Shown here piece after piece: positions 40,832 through 49,985 of a stretch of 64,000 nt of DNA. The stretch covers positions 64,001-128,000 of the IMG/VR virus record IMGVR_UViG_641201006_000001; one strand, given 5' to 3'. This stretch comes from a virus. Its lineage: Duplodnaviria > Caudoviricetes. A program made the translations under genes and the position numbers. The notes under the pieces were generated by a model, which did no database searches, had not been told where the DNA came from, and worked only from the letters and a program-made list of their open reading frames with translations. Position 1 is the stretch's first letter; each line of letters opens with the position of its first letter.

Positions 40832-42024
40832 CACATGCGCCGTTTTATAGCGGACAATCAGAACGCTTTAGAAGTAAAGCAGAATCCAGTAGGTACAACC
40901 AGCACGTTGACGAAACGCTATACGACATCACGGAGCTATGTAATATAGCAAATGAGCTAGAAAGGGAACAGGAACGGACAAGAGCATTCTTCGAAGTCGG
41001 TTCTCATTTCGCTCAAGAGCAGATGGATCAGATGAAGCGTGAGCTACAAACTCTACAGGAAGATATGACTGCGCTGCAACGTCCCGGTAAAGAATACATC
41101 AAAGTATTATTACCGTCCGATGCAAGGCACGACAGTAGTGTTGATGAATATGAGAGAGCCTTAATCGACTTACAACATGACATCATCACGCTTCCGTTCT
41201 CATCTTATTCCAGTTCCAAGCTATATATCCACGACGATATAGACTCGGAGTACATCGTACCGAATACACTTCGTTATGACATTACACCGAAAGCGGATGG
41301 AATCACAATCAAGGAGAACGACTTCATTGATGCGTTAACCCCGGATGACACTAAGTTTTGGCATCGTAGTTATACATACTTCTCCGGTTTAAAGGACTCG
41401 GTAGATGCACAGATCATCGTGGAACTACCTGACGACATTATTTCAAACCGTGATGTAAACACGATATTTATTCATCCGTTTCCATTAAATACGATGGACA
41501 TCATGAATGTAGAGTATCAGTTGGATGCAGGTTGGAAATCTGTACCCGGATTTAAACCAATCGAGAATGCAGGGAATGTAAAGTTCTGTTTCCCACCAAC
41601 TGAGATACGACAAATACGTGTTAGCCTTCGTCAGCGTCACTTTGTTACAAAAGGGAATCAACATACATTCCATATGGGGATTCGTGAGATTGGCGTTTCA
41701 CACAGTGACTATCAGCTTGAGGTAGCACGATTTGAAATACCTGTCTCATTCAATAATGCTTTTCTAACAAAAGAGATTCTCGATATACAACCGGTATACC
41801 AAAACGAGCAAGCATTGTCTGTATACCAAAAGGAAACAAAACTCACATCCTTTAAAGTATATGAGATAGGAGAGAACGGCAAAGAACGATACTTAAATGA
41901 TACCTTCCCTGTTCAAGTGAGAGAGAAGAAAATACTCATCAAGTGTCTCATTGCCTTCGACCCGAACACTCGAACCGCACCTGCGATAAGAGGCATCGAG
42001 TTGACATACAAAGGCGACTCGTAA
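40828..42024 (+). CDS. Virion structural protein, paralogue family (short member)
   Basis: Coiled-coil N-terminus and VNTIFIHPF / IRVSLRQ motifs like 34458-36725. Confidence 0.55.
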   Translation: MTHAPFYSGQSERFRSKAESSRYNQHVDETLYDITELCNIANELEREQERTRAFFEVGSHFAQEQMDQMKRELQTLQEDMTALQRPGKEYIKVLLPSDARHDSSVDEYERALIDLQHDIITLPFSSYSSSKLYIHDDIDSEYIVPNTLRYDITPKADGITIKENDFIDALTPDDTKFWHRSYTYFSGLKDSVDAQIIVELPDDIISNRDVNTIFIHPFPLNTMDIMNVEYQLDAGWKSVPGFKPIENAGNVKFCFPPTEIRQIRVSLRQRHFVTKGNQHTFHMGIREIGVSHSDYQLEVARFEIPVSFNNAFLTKEILDIQPVYQNEQALSVYQKETKLTSFKVYEIGENGKERYLNDTFPVQVREKKILIKCLIAFDPNTRTAPAIRGIELTYKGDS

Positions 42025-42048
42025 TCTTCCCTTGAGGGGGTTAACACA

Positions 42049-42456
42049 ATGAAACCATTACGAAAAATACGAGATTGGTATAAGCGTGCCTTTCACAATG
42101 TAAAGATTATCGAATCAGCAATCGTAGGTTGCTTATTATGGTGGGCTTTCATTTTGATTGTGCCGTTAAATACATTTGAAACAAGTATTGCATATGAAGC
42201 GATGGCCGGAATCGCAAGTGAGGAGGTGTGGTCTGGTGCATTCTTCATTGTTGGAATACTGGCACTCTATGGTATGCTGACAGAGCGTTATTGGATCCGG
42301 CAGGTTGCGTTAGTTTTATCTAGCGGGCTATGGTTCTTTGTAGCGTCCATGTTTGCCATTAGTACATTGGCAACGACAGGAACTGGGATTTATTTCATAG
42401 TAGCCTGTTTAAATGCCTACGTGGTATATAAAGTAGGTGAGGAATATGGGAACTAG
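42049..42456 (+). CDS. Four-TM membrane protein (possible holin/antiholin)
   Basis: Four hydrophobic segments. Located at the end of the structural operon. Confidence 0.5.
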   Translation: MKPLRKIRDWYKRAFHNVKIIESAIVGCLLWWAFILIVPLNTFETSIAYEAMAGIASEEVWSGAFFIVGILALYGMLTERYWIRQVALVLSSGLWFFVASMFAISTLATTGTGIYFIVACLNAYVVYKVGEEYGN

Positions 42457-42730
42457 CGTAATCGTTTCTATCATATCTGGACTTGGCGTAATCGGTGCTG
42501 CTATTCTTTCTTACTTCGGTCAGAAGAAAGGTTCCGTTGCGACGTCCGAGCAAAAATTCCGTGAAGACATTCTTGCACAAAACGAGAAGTTACAACGGAG
42601 AGTAGATGAACTTGAACAGACAATAACCAACATGCGAATTGAGAACCGTAAACTTCAACTCAAAGTCATCGACCTTGAGGATGAAAGGAAAGGTGGTGCG
42701 TCTCGTGAAGTGGCTGACGTTTCTGAATGA
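42446..42730 (+). CDS. Single-TM + coiled-coil protein (holin-like)
   Basis: N-terminal TM (VIVSIISGLGVIGAAILSYF) followed by a coiled coil. Confidence 0.5.
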   Translation: MGTSVIVSIISGLGVIGAAILSYFGQKKGSVATSEQKFREDILAQNEKLQRRVDELEQTITNMRIENRKLQLKVIDLEDERKGGASREVADVSE

Positions 42731-42950
42731 CGAGGATGGATTCTCATCTAAGGACTTCATAATGGTCGCATTCATTTGTACGTACTTGATTGAGCAGACG
42801 GCAGTATTTATATACTCGTTATATGGTACTGTCGATTCTGACACTCTCAAGATTGTATCTTCATTAGATCCAATCGTCATGACGGTTATTGGTGGTATAT
42901 TCTCTGTTCATGCAGTAAAAGAATTTAAGAAAGACAGCGAGTCAAAGTAA
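42705..42950 (+). CDS. Two-TM holin-like protein
   Basis: AAGGTGG RBS + GTG at 42705. Two TM segments and a charged C-tail. Confidence 0.5.
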   Translation: MKWLTFLNDEDGFSSKDFIMVAFICTYLIEQTAVFIYSLYGTVDSDTLKIVSSLDPIVMTVIGGIFSVHAVKEFKKDSESK

Positions 42951-42969
42951 TACATACTCCTTTCACAGA

Positions 42970-43000
42970 GTGGCAGTCCTTCGGGGCTGTCATTTATTTT
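42970..43000 (+). terminator. Rho-independent terminator ending the structural block
   Basis: GTGGCAGTCC-TTCG-GGGCTGTCAT (cUUCGg loop) + T-rich tail. Confidence 0.8.
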
Positions 43001-43032
43001 TATGTCATAAATAAAAAATGTTACAAAAACCG

Positions 43033-43061
43033 TTGAAAAAGGTTACATAAAAAGATATACT
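43033..43061 (+). promoter_or_regulatory. SigA-type promoter for the replication block
   Basis: TTGAAA-N17-TATACT with an A-rich upstream element. Confidence 0.7.
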
Positions 43062-43098
43062 ATAGTTAGACATCTATTACCTGAAAGGGGCAAATACT

Positions 43099-43797
43099 TT
43101 GAACATAAACGAGTGTTTTCAAGTGTCGCATTATGAGGTTGATAAGAACCTTCGCAAGCTGATTGATGAACCAGTAAACGAGGATTTAATCGACAAGAAT
43201 AAATATGCTAATAATAGCGAGTTTGTACCTGATAGTATTTACAAGCGTGTGCTAAATAAAGCAACGAACTATCAATGGTCATTCGTACCGTACGACATCT
43301 CTACAGTAGAAGGGAAATACGTACAGTTCATTGGCTTACTGATCGTACCGGGCTACGGTGTACATACTGGTATTGGAACACAGAAACTACAAAAGACGGA
43401 TAACTCCAATGCACTATCGGCTGCTAAGACATACGCCTTCAAGAATGCTTGTAAGGAGATGGGTATCGCACCGAACGTTGGCAACGATGACTTTGATGAA
43501 GCATTGTTTGAGAACTTCGACGATGATGAAATTGAAGTAGAGGAAAAGCCAAAGAAGAAGCCGGTCAAGAAGGAAGAAAAGAAACCGGCAAAGAAGCCAG
43601 CTAAGAAAGAAGCCAAGCCTTTAAAGGAACGTATCGAAGAGATTCGACAGGCTTATGAGTTGGACGATGATGACTTCGTAGCATTCATTCAGATTTGGGA
43701 TGAGAATATCATTGACCTAAAAGATATGGATGATAAGAAATGGAAAGCATTCTTACAAGATGTAGAAGAGAATCCAGAGGAATACGAAGACTTCTAA
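43099..43797 (+). CDS. Rad52/Sak-like single-strand annealing protein
   Basis: KRVLN....WSF...G.GTQ....ALSAAKTYAFKNACKEMGI pattern of the Rad52/22 family, Lys-rich linker, acidic C-terminus. TTG start. Confidence 0.7.
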   Translation: MNINECFQVSHYEVDKNLRKLIDEPVNEDLIDKNKYANNSEFVPDSIYKRVLNKATNYQWSFVPYDISTVEGKYVQFIGLLIVPGYGVHTGIGTQKLQKTDNSNALSAAKTYAFKNACKEMGIAPNVGNDDFDEALFENFDDDEIEVEEKPKKKPVKKEEKKPAKKPAKKEAKPLKERIEEIRQAYELDDDDFVAFIQIWDENIIDLKDMDDKKWKAFLQDVEENPEEYEDF

Positions 43798-43800
43798 AAT

Positions 43801-43830
43801 GGGTGGCCTTAACGGGTCACCCCACATTTA
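43801..43830 (+). terminator. Hairpin after the annealing-protein gene
   Basis: GGGTGGCC-ttaacg-GGTCACCC with a weak U-tract. Confidence 0.45.
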
Positions 43831-43858
43831 TACCTAATTTTACTAGGAGGAAAACTAG

Positions 43859-44548
43859 ATGACATCTATTTACGACATCGTGTATGATTATATGGATTTG
43901 TTTTATAGCGGTGTTCCGTTGGATAAGGAACAAAAGAAGACCATCCATCAAGAAGTAAAGAAACTCCTTCAATCTGGATGGTGTTCTTCTGAGCTTTCTT
44001 CAACATTCAAGATGGTGAAAAGAAAAAGCCCAGACCTGCAAACACTTAAAGCGTCCACGGTGGTGAGAGGTAAGCGTAAAAAGGAAGTGAATTTACTAAA
44101 GCAAGGTAGGTTCTATTTCCACAATGCTTTACGATTGACAAGTCCTCCGCCGAAAAGGGAGATCGACTACGATAGCGGAGAGATTACTTCTATCAGCACA
44201 CCGTACTTTCTCGAAATGCGTGCAAGCTACACCGTGGATGAGTTGGTCGAATACTACGGTAGGCAAATAGGGATTAAACTCCGTAGCCACGAGAAGGCGA
44301 GATACATAGGCAGCTTCAAGTGGCTCCTTAAAACATATGATGTAGAAATGATATTATTCATGATAGATGCAACAGTCAACATGTGCATTGCAGAAGATAT
44401 GCCAATGCCATACAGTCCGCTTGATATACAAAAGTATATGAAGGAAGCGGAACTTGCTTACAACCAAAAGCAAACAGAAACGGTAGTGTCAGGGGGAAAG
44501 AAAATTGTCAGGAAGAAACGGGTTAGACGAAATCGAGTTCGGCGTTAG
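43859..44548 (+). CDS. Hypothetical protein (possible replication initiation/loader accessory)
   Basis: AGGAGG RBS. Basic protein overlapping the primase start. Function inferred from position only. Confidence 0.45.
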   Translation: MTSIYDIVYDYMDLFYSGVPLDKEQKKTIHQEVKKLLQSGWCSSELSSTFKMVKRKSPDLQTLKASTVVRGKRKKEVNLLKQGRFYFHNALRLTSPPPKREIDYDSGEITSISTPYFLEMRASYTVDELVEYYGRQIGIKLRSHEKARYIGSFKWLLKTYDVEMILFMIDATVNMCIAEDMPMPYSPLDIQKYMKEAELAYNQKQTETVVSGGKKIVRKKRVRRNRVRR

Positions 44549-45557
44549 GCTTCCGTCGGGGAAGTTCATACGTAACATATTTAAAACGATTGCTGACATT
44601 CCTGCAATGAGAAAGCGCTATAAGAATCAAGGCGTATACATATCAGCTTACAGCTACGAGAAGGCAACGAAAGAGAAAACAGATGACATGCTTTTATATG
44701 GCAATCTCTACATCGACCTTGATGCTCCTGATATGAAAGATGCAAGTAAGGAAGACGAAGCATTCGAACAGATTAGGGAGGACGGCATTAAAGCCATTAG
44801 CTTCCTATCTGCTATTGTCGGTATCGACGAGGAAATGATTAAGATTTATTACAGTGGTCAAAAAGGAATACATATCGTAGTACCTGCAAAAGTATTCGGC
44901 ATTAAGCCGATGAAAGAACTGAACCATGTGTTTAAGTGTATGGCGAAGGAAATACTCAAGATGAGTAAACATAAAACAATCGACACGCAAATATACGATA
45001 ACGCCCGGTTATTGTCATTGCCGGGAGGTAAGCATCCTGCAACGGGACGCTATAAAATACCTCTAACATATGACGAGTTTCGAACGTTAGACTTTCAAAC
45101 GATTAAGAAGATGTCTCGTAAAAAGAGAAAGCTAACTTATAAACCTGCTAGATACAATACGAAGGCTCATCGAATCTTCCAAACTTACATAACGGATTGG
45201 GAACGTGAGAAACAACAACTATCAAGCAAGAGCAAGAAGGGATATAAATCTACACTGGACTTCTGTCCTCCGTGCATTGAATCTATTCTGAATCGTCCAT
45301 GCCCCGAAGGGTTCCGTAACCATACTGCGGCGGCACTGGCAAGTTACTTTAAGCAACGTGGATTCAGTAAAGATAAAGGATGGAAACAGATTGTACAGTG
45401 GAACGATGAGTACGCCAAGTTACCTGCTAGTGAACTACAAACAACATTCGAGAGTATGTACAACGGGGAGTATACATATGGATGTGCGACACTAGAAACA
45501 CTCGGTGACTGTCAAAAGAACAATTGTAAAATCGGTAAGAGCAAGGATAAGAAATAG
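44505..45557 (+). CDS. Archaeo-eukaryotic primase (AEP) with Cys-rich PriL-like C-terminal domain
   Basis: Motif I YIDLD, motif II YSGQKGIHI, motif III TIDTQIYD..RLLSLPG. C-terminal CPPCI..EGFRN...YGC..C..C. Confidence 0.85.
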   Translation: MSGRNGLDEIEFGVRLPSGKFIRNIFKTIADIPAMRKRYKNQGVYISAYSYEKATKEKTDDMLLYGNLYIDLDAPDMKDASKEDEAFEQIREDGIKAISFLSAIVGIDEEMIKIYYSGQKGIHIVVPAKVFGIKPMKELNHVFKCMAKEILKMSKHKTIDTQIYDNARLLSLPGGKHPATGRYKIPLTYDEFRTLDFQTIKKMSRKKRKLTYKPARYNTKAHRIFQTYITDWEREKQQLSSKSKKGYKSTLDFCPPCIESILNRPCPEGFRNHTAAALASYFKQRGFSKDKGWKQIVQWNDEYAKLPASELQTTFESMYNGEYTYGCATLETLGDCQKNNCKIGKSKDKK

Positions 45558-45568
45558 GGGGAGCAGTC

Positions 45569-46609
45569 ATGCCAGCAGTTGCAGAACGTAAACAAAGAAA
45601 GAAACGTCCAATAGATAGAAAGTATATCAAGAAAGCGCCAAGCGATTTAAGAGACTACGAGTTAGAACAATGGGAAACACTAAATGACTTTGAAGAGAAA
45701 GCATGGAGTGAACAGAACAAAGGTTTATCAATGGGTTGGAAGTCAATGGATCAAGCGATAGGTGGACTCCAAACGGGGTTCCACGTTATCGGCGGTGATT
45801 CCAACATTGGTAAAACATCATTCATTTCACAGATGGCATGGAACGTAGCAACGGTTAATCCTGATGCATACGTTATCGACATTTCGCTCGATGATCCTAT
45901 GCTTGATAAAGTATCTCGTGTTATTGCCGCAGGTCAGAAGGTACTGATTAACTCGGTAAAGACACCACGACTATACAAGAAGTATCCGAAGATGCTACAA
46001 CGTCGTGCAATTGGACTAAAGCAACTGCGTGACATGGTTGACCGCTATAAGACTTATGACCAAAATCATAGCTCTAATATCGAGGACATTAAAGAGACTG
46101 TCAAACGTCACATCGTAGAGTTAAAGCAAGCAGGAGAAAAACGTAAGGTTGTTGTCTTCATTGATAACTTCCATGACTTAACGACAGAAGCTCGTGAAGC
46201 ACAAGGCAGTGACAAAGCAAAGTATACATACCTAGCATCATTCGTTGCAGATATGGCGACTGAGTTAGACATTCCTGTAGTATGTTCATGTGAGTTCAAG
46301 AAGATTAATGGTTTCCGCCGTCCATCTATTGATGATATGCGTGAAGCTGTTAAAATAAAATATGAAGCGAAGTCAGTTATGCTTTGCTACAACGAAGTAT
46401 CACTAAAAGGTGAAGCTGCTTCCGTTTACTTTGAGAAGGCTAACGACCCTGAGAAACAACCTGTATACGAAGTGAAGTTCGCGAAGAACAAATACAGCAA
46501 GTTCAAAGGTCGAGTATTCTTCGAGGGGTATCCTGAAATGGCGTACTTCGTAGAAGCCGACGAAGCTTCATCTCAACGCTATAACAATGTTATCTATAGC
46601 AATGAGTAA
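45569..46609 (+). CDS. dnaB: DnaB-like replicative helicase (SF4)
   Basis: Walker A GGDSNIGKT, Walker B VFIDNF, ELDIPVV, RRPSIDDMRE, AKNK motifs. Confidence 0.85.
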   Translation: MPAVAERKQRKKRPIDRKYIKKAPSDLRDYELEQWETLNDFEEKAWSEQNKGLSMGWKSMDQAIGGLQTGFHVIGGDSNIGKTSFISQMAWNVATVNPDAYVIDISLDDPMLDKVSRVIAAGQKVLINSVKTPRLYKKYPKMLQRRAIGLKQLRDMVDRYKTYDQNHSSNIEDIKETVKRHIVELKQAGEKRKVVVFIDNFHDLTTEAREAQGSDKAKYTYLASFVADMATELDIPVVCSCEFKKINGFRRPSIDDMREAVKIKYEAKSVMLCYNEVSLKGEAASVYFEKANDPEKQPVYEVKFAKNKYSKFKGRVFFEGYPEMAYFVEADEASSQRYNNVIYSNE

Positions 46610-46623
46610 GAGGAGGTGACAAT

Positions 46624-46848
46624 ATGAATGACCAATTCTTTATCGGCGTACTTCTCCTAATGTTCTTTTGTGTTCTATTAGGAGTATGCGCAACGATGGC
46701 AGTGTATAAAACATACCTCTATCGCAAGAAGAGGGAACTATCACTACAGATCATCGAAATCAAATTGCTTAACAAGCAGAACGAACGCAATCAGAACGTT
46801 GTCAAACCTGACTATGATGAAGATGACTGCGAAGGCTTGTTACCATAA
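46624..46848 (+). CDS. Small membrane protein
   Basis: GAGGAGG RBS. N-terminal TM helix. Confidence 0.6.
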   Translation: MNDQFFIGVLLLMFFCVLLGVCATMAVYKTYLYRKKRELSLQIIEIKLLNKQNERNQNVVKPDYDEDDCEGLLP

Positions 46849-46865
46849 ACTAAGGGGAGGAATAC

Positions 46866-47159
46866 ATGATGAAAACGAACCAAAACTTTTTTGAGGAACG
46901 TATCACGGATGAGCAGTTTGAAACATTGAAGACAAAAGGTCTTCGAGGGGAACTAGAAGCTGCTAATCCGATTGATGCTACGAAGGTTACATTTGAAAAA
47001 GCAATCTTCGAAAGCGAGAAGCATCTCCGTGCTAAAGAAGAACAGTTGGATGAGCTTCTTAATAGTTTAACAAGTATGCACAGCGCTATTAAGAAGGAAA
47101 AGGTTAAACAGGATACGCTGATTAAAGATTACAAAAAGAACTTTCCGGAGGCGAAATAA
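46866..47159 (+). CDS. Hypothetical coiled-coil protein
   Basis: GGGGAGG RBS, operon packing. Confidence 0.6.
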   Translation: MMKTNQNFFEERITDEQFETLKTKGLRGELEAANPIDATKVTFEKAIFESEKHLRAKEEQLDELLNSLTSMHSAIKKEKVKQDTLIKDYKKNFPEAK

Positions 47160-47160
47160 T

Positions 47161-47424
47161 ATGAGAGCAAAGGGGCGCATTAATCTTACAGGTGAATTAC
47201 TAAAAGGGATGCTTGGCATTCCAAAGAATATCTCGTTAGATAAAATCTACATTGATGATACTCGTGACGTTGTAAGTGTTGTTGTATCATCTGATGCACC
47301 TGCTTACGTTGGTGATGGTGTACATAATATTCGTCCAGTGACGTTCGATGTGAAAGAAGGACAAGAAGTTCCTACTTGGCAGATTGATACGCTGAACGGA
47401 TTACGTAAAGGGGAATTGAAATAA
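47161..47424 (+). CDS. Hypothetical protein
   Basis: GGAGG RBS, operon packing. Confidence 0.6.
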   Translation: MRAKGRINLTGELLKGMLGIPKNISLDKIYIDDTRDVVSVVVSSDAPAYVGDGVHNIRPVTFDVKEGQEVPTWQIDTLNGLRKGELK

Positions 47425-47726
47425 TGTTTGGTACACAAGTTCAACAAACTGGTTCTAACGCAAAAGAAATCAACAAGGAACTATCGAACAACTGCGACAT
47501 GTATGAGCCATGTCCAATCTGCTTTAAGTGTCAAAACAAAGCAACTCATTTATATCAGCGATGCGAGGAATGTCCAGTGCAGTTCTGCGGGCATAGTCAC
47601 AAACAACGTTCATTCATTATTCGTCGTGAGAACTTCGCCATCAAAGTAACAGATGAGACTGGTGAGAAGTTTAAAGAAGCGGCGGAGCAGGTTAATCAAA
47701 CTTGCACATGCAATAAGGGAGAGTAA
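47424..47726 (+). CDS. Cys-rich putative metal-binding protein
   Basis: C-x5-CxxCxxC...CxxC-x4-CxH cluster. Confidence 0.6.
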   Translation: MFGTQVQQTGSNAKEINKELSNNCDMYEPCPICFKCQNKATHLYQRCEECPVQFCGHSHKQRSFIIRRENFAIKVTDETGEKFKEAAEQVNQTCTCNKGE

Positions 47727-47732
47727 GAGACG

Positions 47733-48002
47733 ATGAAAGCTAAACGAGGGTCATGGAAGGCAGTTCCGAAGATTACACCATTCGAAAGAAGAAATGCGAA
47801 TGAAGTTGGGGAAATCATATGTAAGGGATCTAATCCGCTAGGTGTCACTGTACATTCGGCGGAGGGTTCATATACATATACATACAAAGATGTAGCACAC
47901 TACTATGAGCGCAGCCATAAACCGTTCAGCCAAACGGTATCTTTATTTATTATGAAGGATGGTAAAAATGCGAATGACTACAAGCGGAAAGCTATATGTT
48001 AA
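47733..48002 (+). CDS. Hypothetical protein
   Basis: RBS and operon packing. Confidence 0.5.
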   Translation: MKAKRGSWKAVPKITPFERRNANEVGEIICKGSNPLGVTVHSAEGSYTYTYKDVAHYYERSHKPFSQTVSLFIMKDGKNANDYKRKAIC

Positions 48003-48180
48003 TCAACTACAGAAACAAATGGATTTAGATATGGAGGAACTGCTTTCTTATGAAGCTCGACAGTACGATGTGGGAGATGACCGCAAAGTACAACCAGCTT
48101 TCATGTTAGGGGATTACTTCGAAGAGAAGAAACAAGAGTCGAAGATGAGAGCATTACGAAGAGGTGAGCAGTATGAGTAA
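47959..48180 (+). CDS. Hypothetical protein
   Basis: Fills the gap between neighbours. Start uncertain. Confidence 0.45.
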   Translation: MVKMRMTTSGKLYVNQLQKQMDLDMEELLSYEARQYDVGDDRKVQPAFMLGDYFEEKKQESKMRALRRGEQYE

Positions 48181-48502
48181 ATACAAAGCAGGTTCATCTA
48201 TACAACAGATGGCACAGCGTTCTCGTAAGGAGCGTATTGCACCAACTGAGTATAAGAACTATGATGACTATTTAAAAGCGCAGAAACAAGTGCATGACCA
48301 CTTACATAGCAAACCTGCTATCAGTTGTGAACTATGTGGTTACCCACTAACGTATAACGGTCATAAACCAACTGAGCGTGAACAGAAGTGGAGTATCCAT
48401 GATGTGTGTCAAGAAAAGATGAATAGAATGCTAGACCGTGAGACTGGTATTGCGAGAGAGCGTAAAGCACTAGCAAACCAAAACACGGGTAAACGATTCT
48501 AA
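48173..48502 (+). CDS. Putative zinc-finger protein
   Basis: GAGGTG RBS. CxxC...HxxC ligands. Confidence 0.55.
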   Translation: MSKYKAGSSIQQMAQRSRKERIAPTEYKNYDDYLKAQKQVHDHLHSKPAISCELCGYPLTYNGHKPTEREQKWSIHDVCQEKMNRMLDRETGIARERKALANQNTGKRF

Positions 48503-49311
48503 TGCGTATACACATTGACCAGGTAATAGATTATGTTAGTTGCCCTGCGTTGTACAAGTTTCGTAACGTAGATAAGTTGGAACCGCCCCAGCCTAAAAAG
48601 GGGCGACCAACGAAGAACTCTATCGTAGAACTGTACGACGAGGCACTGCATAAGGCTGTTGCCTATATTTTTAACTCGGTACAAGACGGTAGGTATCCAT
48701 CTCTTACTAACATGAAAAATAGATGGGGCAAGTTATGGATCGCTCCGAGAGCGAAGCAAGAAGATATTAAGTTCAAGCAGGTAAGCTGGCGTGACACACA
48801 CGAGTTAAAGCGCAAGCAAGGCTGGGATAAGATAGAGAAACTATGGCTTCATTACAAAGAAGACCCCGGTTCTCCTATCATGGTAAATTATCCGTATACT
48901 GTACAAATTGGTAAGCATACATTAGAAGGAACGATTGACCTTGTTCGAGTTGCCAAGAAAGAGAATGGTAGAGAACATATTGAGATGGTCGAGTTTATCA
49001 CTGACGAACGGAACGCACCATTCCTACACACTCGCAGGGATTGGAGAGTCACTGCTGCTTCCTATGCTTTCAGGAAAATTATGAAAGCGAATGAGGAGAA
49101 AATAGTGTATCATGGAATTATAAGCGGGAAGTTATTAGATACCACAAGGGATGAACAGGATTATAAGCAACTTGAACATCTTCTAGATGCAATTGAACAT
49201 ATGCAAACTCATGAGATATATTATCCCGTATTCAACGAGAGATGTAACTCATGTTCATATCAAAAGTATTGTGAGAAAGGATGGTTCGATGTTAAAACTA
49301 GTAAACAGTGA
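48502..49311 (+). CDS. Cas4/AddB-like PD-(D/E)XK nuclease-family protein with Fe-S cysteines
   Basis: N-terminal SCP, LH, GTIDLV, C-terminal CxxC-x5-C. Confidence 0.75.
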   Translation: MRIHIDQVIDYVSCPALYKFRNVDKLEPPQPKKGRPTKNSIVELYDEALHKAVAYIFNSVQDGRYPSLTNMKNRWGKLWIAPRAKQEDIKFKQVSWRDTHELKRKQGWDKIEKLWLHYKEDPGSPIMVNYPYTVQIGKHTLEGTIDLVRVAKKENGREHIEMVEFITDERNAPFLHTRRDWRVTAASYAFRKIMKANEEKIVYHGIISGKLLDTTRDEQDYKQLEHLLDAIEHMQTHEIYYPVFNERCNSCSYQKYCEKGWFDVKTSKQ

Positions 49312-49426
49312 TGGTGCTGAAATCATGCGCCTCCATGACAATAACACAGAGGAATACGCAGATAAGAAGATTGAGGAACAAGCGAAAAAGGCAATACAAA
49401 AACAGGAGCAAAAGGACGGAGAATAA
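49289..49426 (+). CDS. Small hypothetical protein
   Basis: AAAGGA RBS before ATG 49289. TAATG coupling to ruvC. Confidence 0.45.
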   Translation: MLKLVNSDGAEIMRLHDNNTEEYADKKIEEQAKKAIQKQEQKDGE

Positions 49427-49959
49427 TGCGAATCATGGGCATTGATGCATCACTATCGACAACTGGATATGCGATTTACGATACTGAAATCGGTGACTTC
49501 ATCTTAATAGATAAGATACGTACTTCTATCAAGAAGGCAACACCAACTAGATCCAAGCGTATACAATATCTTTGTGCAGAGCTTAGTCATATTATGTTCT
49601 GGAACTATGTTGACGTCGTTGTAACCGAGGACATTTACGTTGCGCAGAAATCCGCCGCACTTCCATTAGGGATGGTTCGTGGAGCGATTGAGCAACTTGT
49701 ATATGATTTAGAGTTCGAAGGCTTACACATCATCGAAAGTACGAAGATGAAGAAAGCTGTTACTGGCAACGGTAATGCGAACAAACTACTGACATACGAA
49801 ACGCTAAAAGAAATCTACAAAGACAGTCCGCTTGTAATGGAAGCACTCGGTAAAGAGTTGATTAGTGATAACAGTGCCAAGAAGAATGAAGACATGGCTG
49901 ATGCCGTCGGACTCGTTCACGCTTATAAAGCCGACCCTTCACAAGCTCACATTGCCTAG
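49426..49959 (+). CDS. ruvC: RuvC-like Holliday junction resolvase
   Basis: MRIMGIDAS..TGY, VVTED, MKKAVTGNGNANK, EDMADA catalytic motifs. Confidence 0.9.
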   Translation: MRIMGIDASLSTTGYAIYDTEIGDFILIDKIRTSIKKATPTRSKRIQYLCAELSHIMFWNYVDVVVTEDIYVAQKSAALPLGMVRGAIEQLVYDLEFEGLHIIESTKMKKAVTGNGNANKLLTYETLKEIYKDSPLVMEALGKELISDNSAKKNEDMADAVGLVHAYKADPSQAHIA

Positions 49960-49985
49960 TTAGTAGTGAAAGGTAGTGTTACGAG

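Noticed and set aside
48502-49311. Cas4-like gene as evidence of a CRISPR-Cas locus
   Set aside because: No cas1/cas2 and no repeat-spacer array seen. The context is phage recombination genes.
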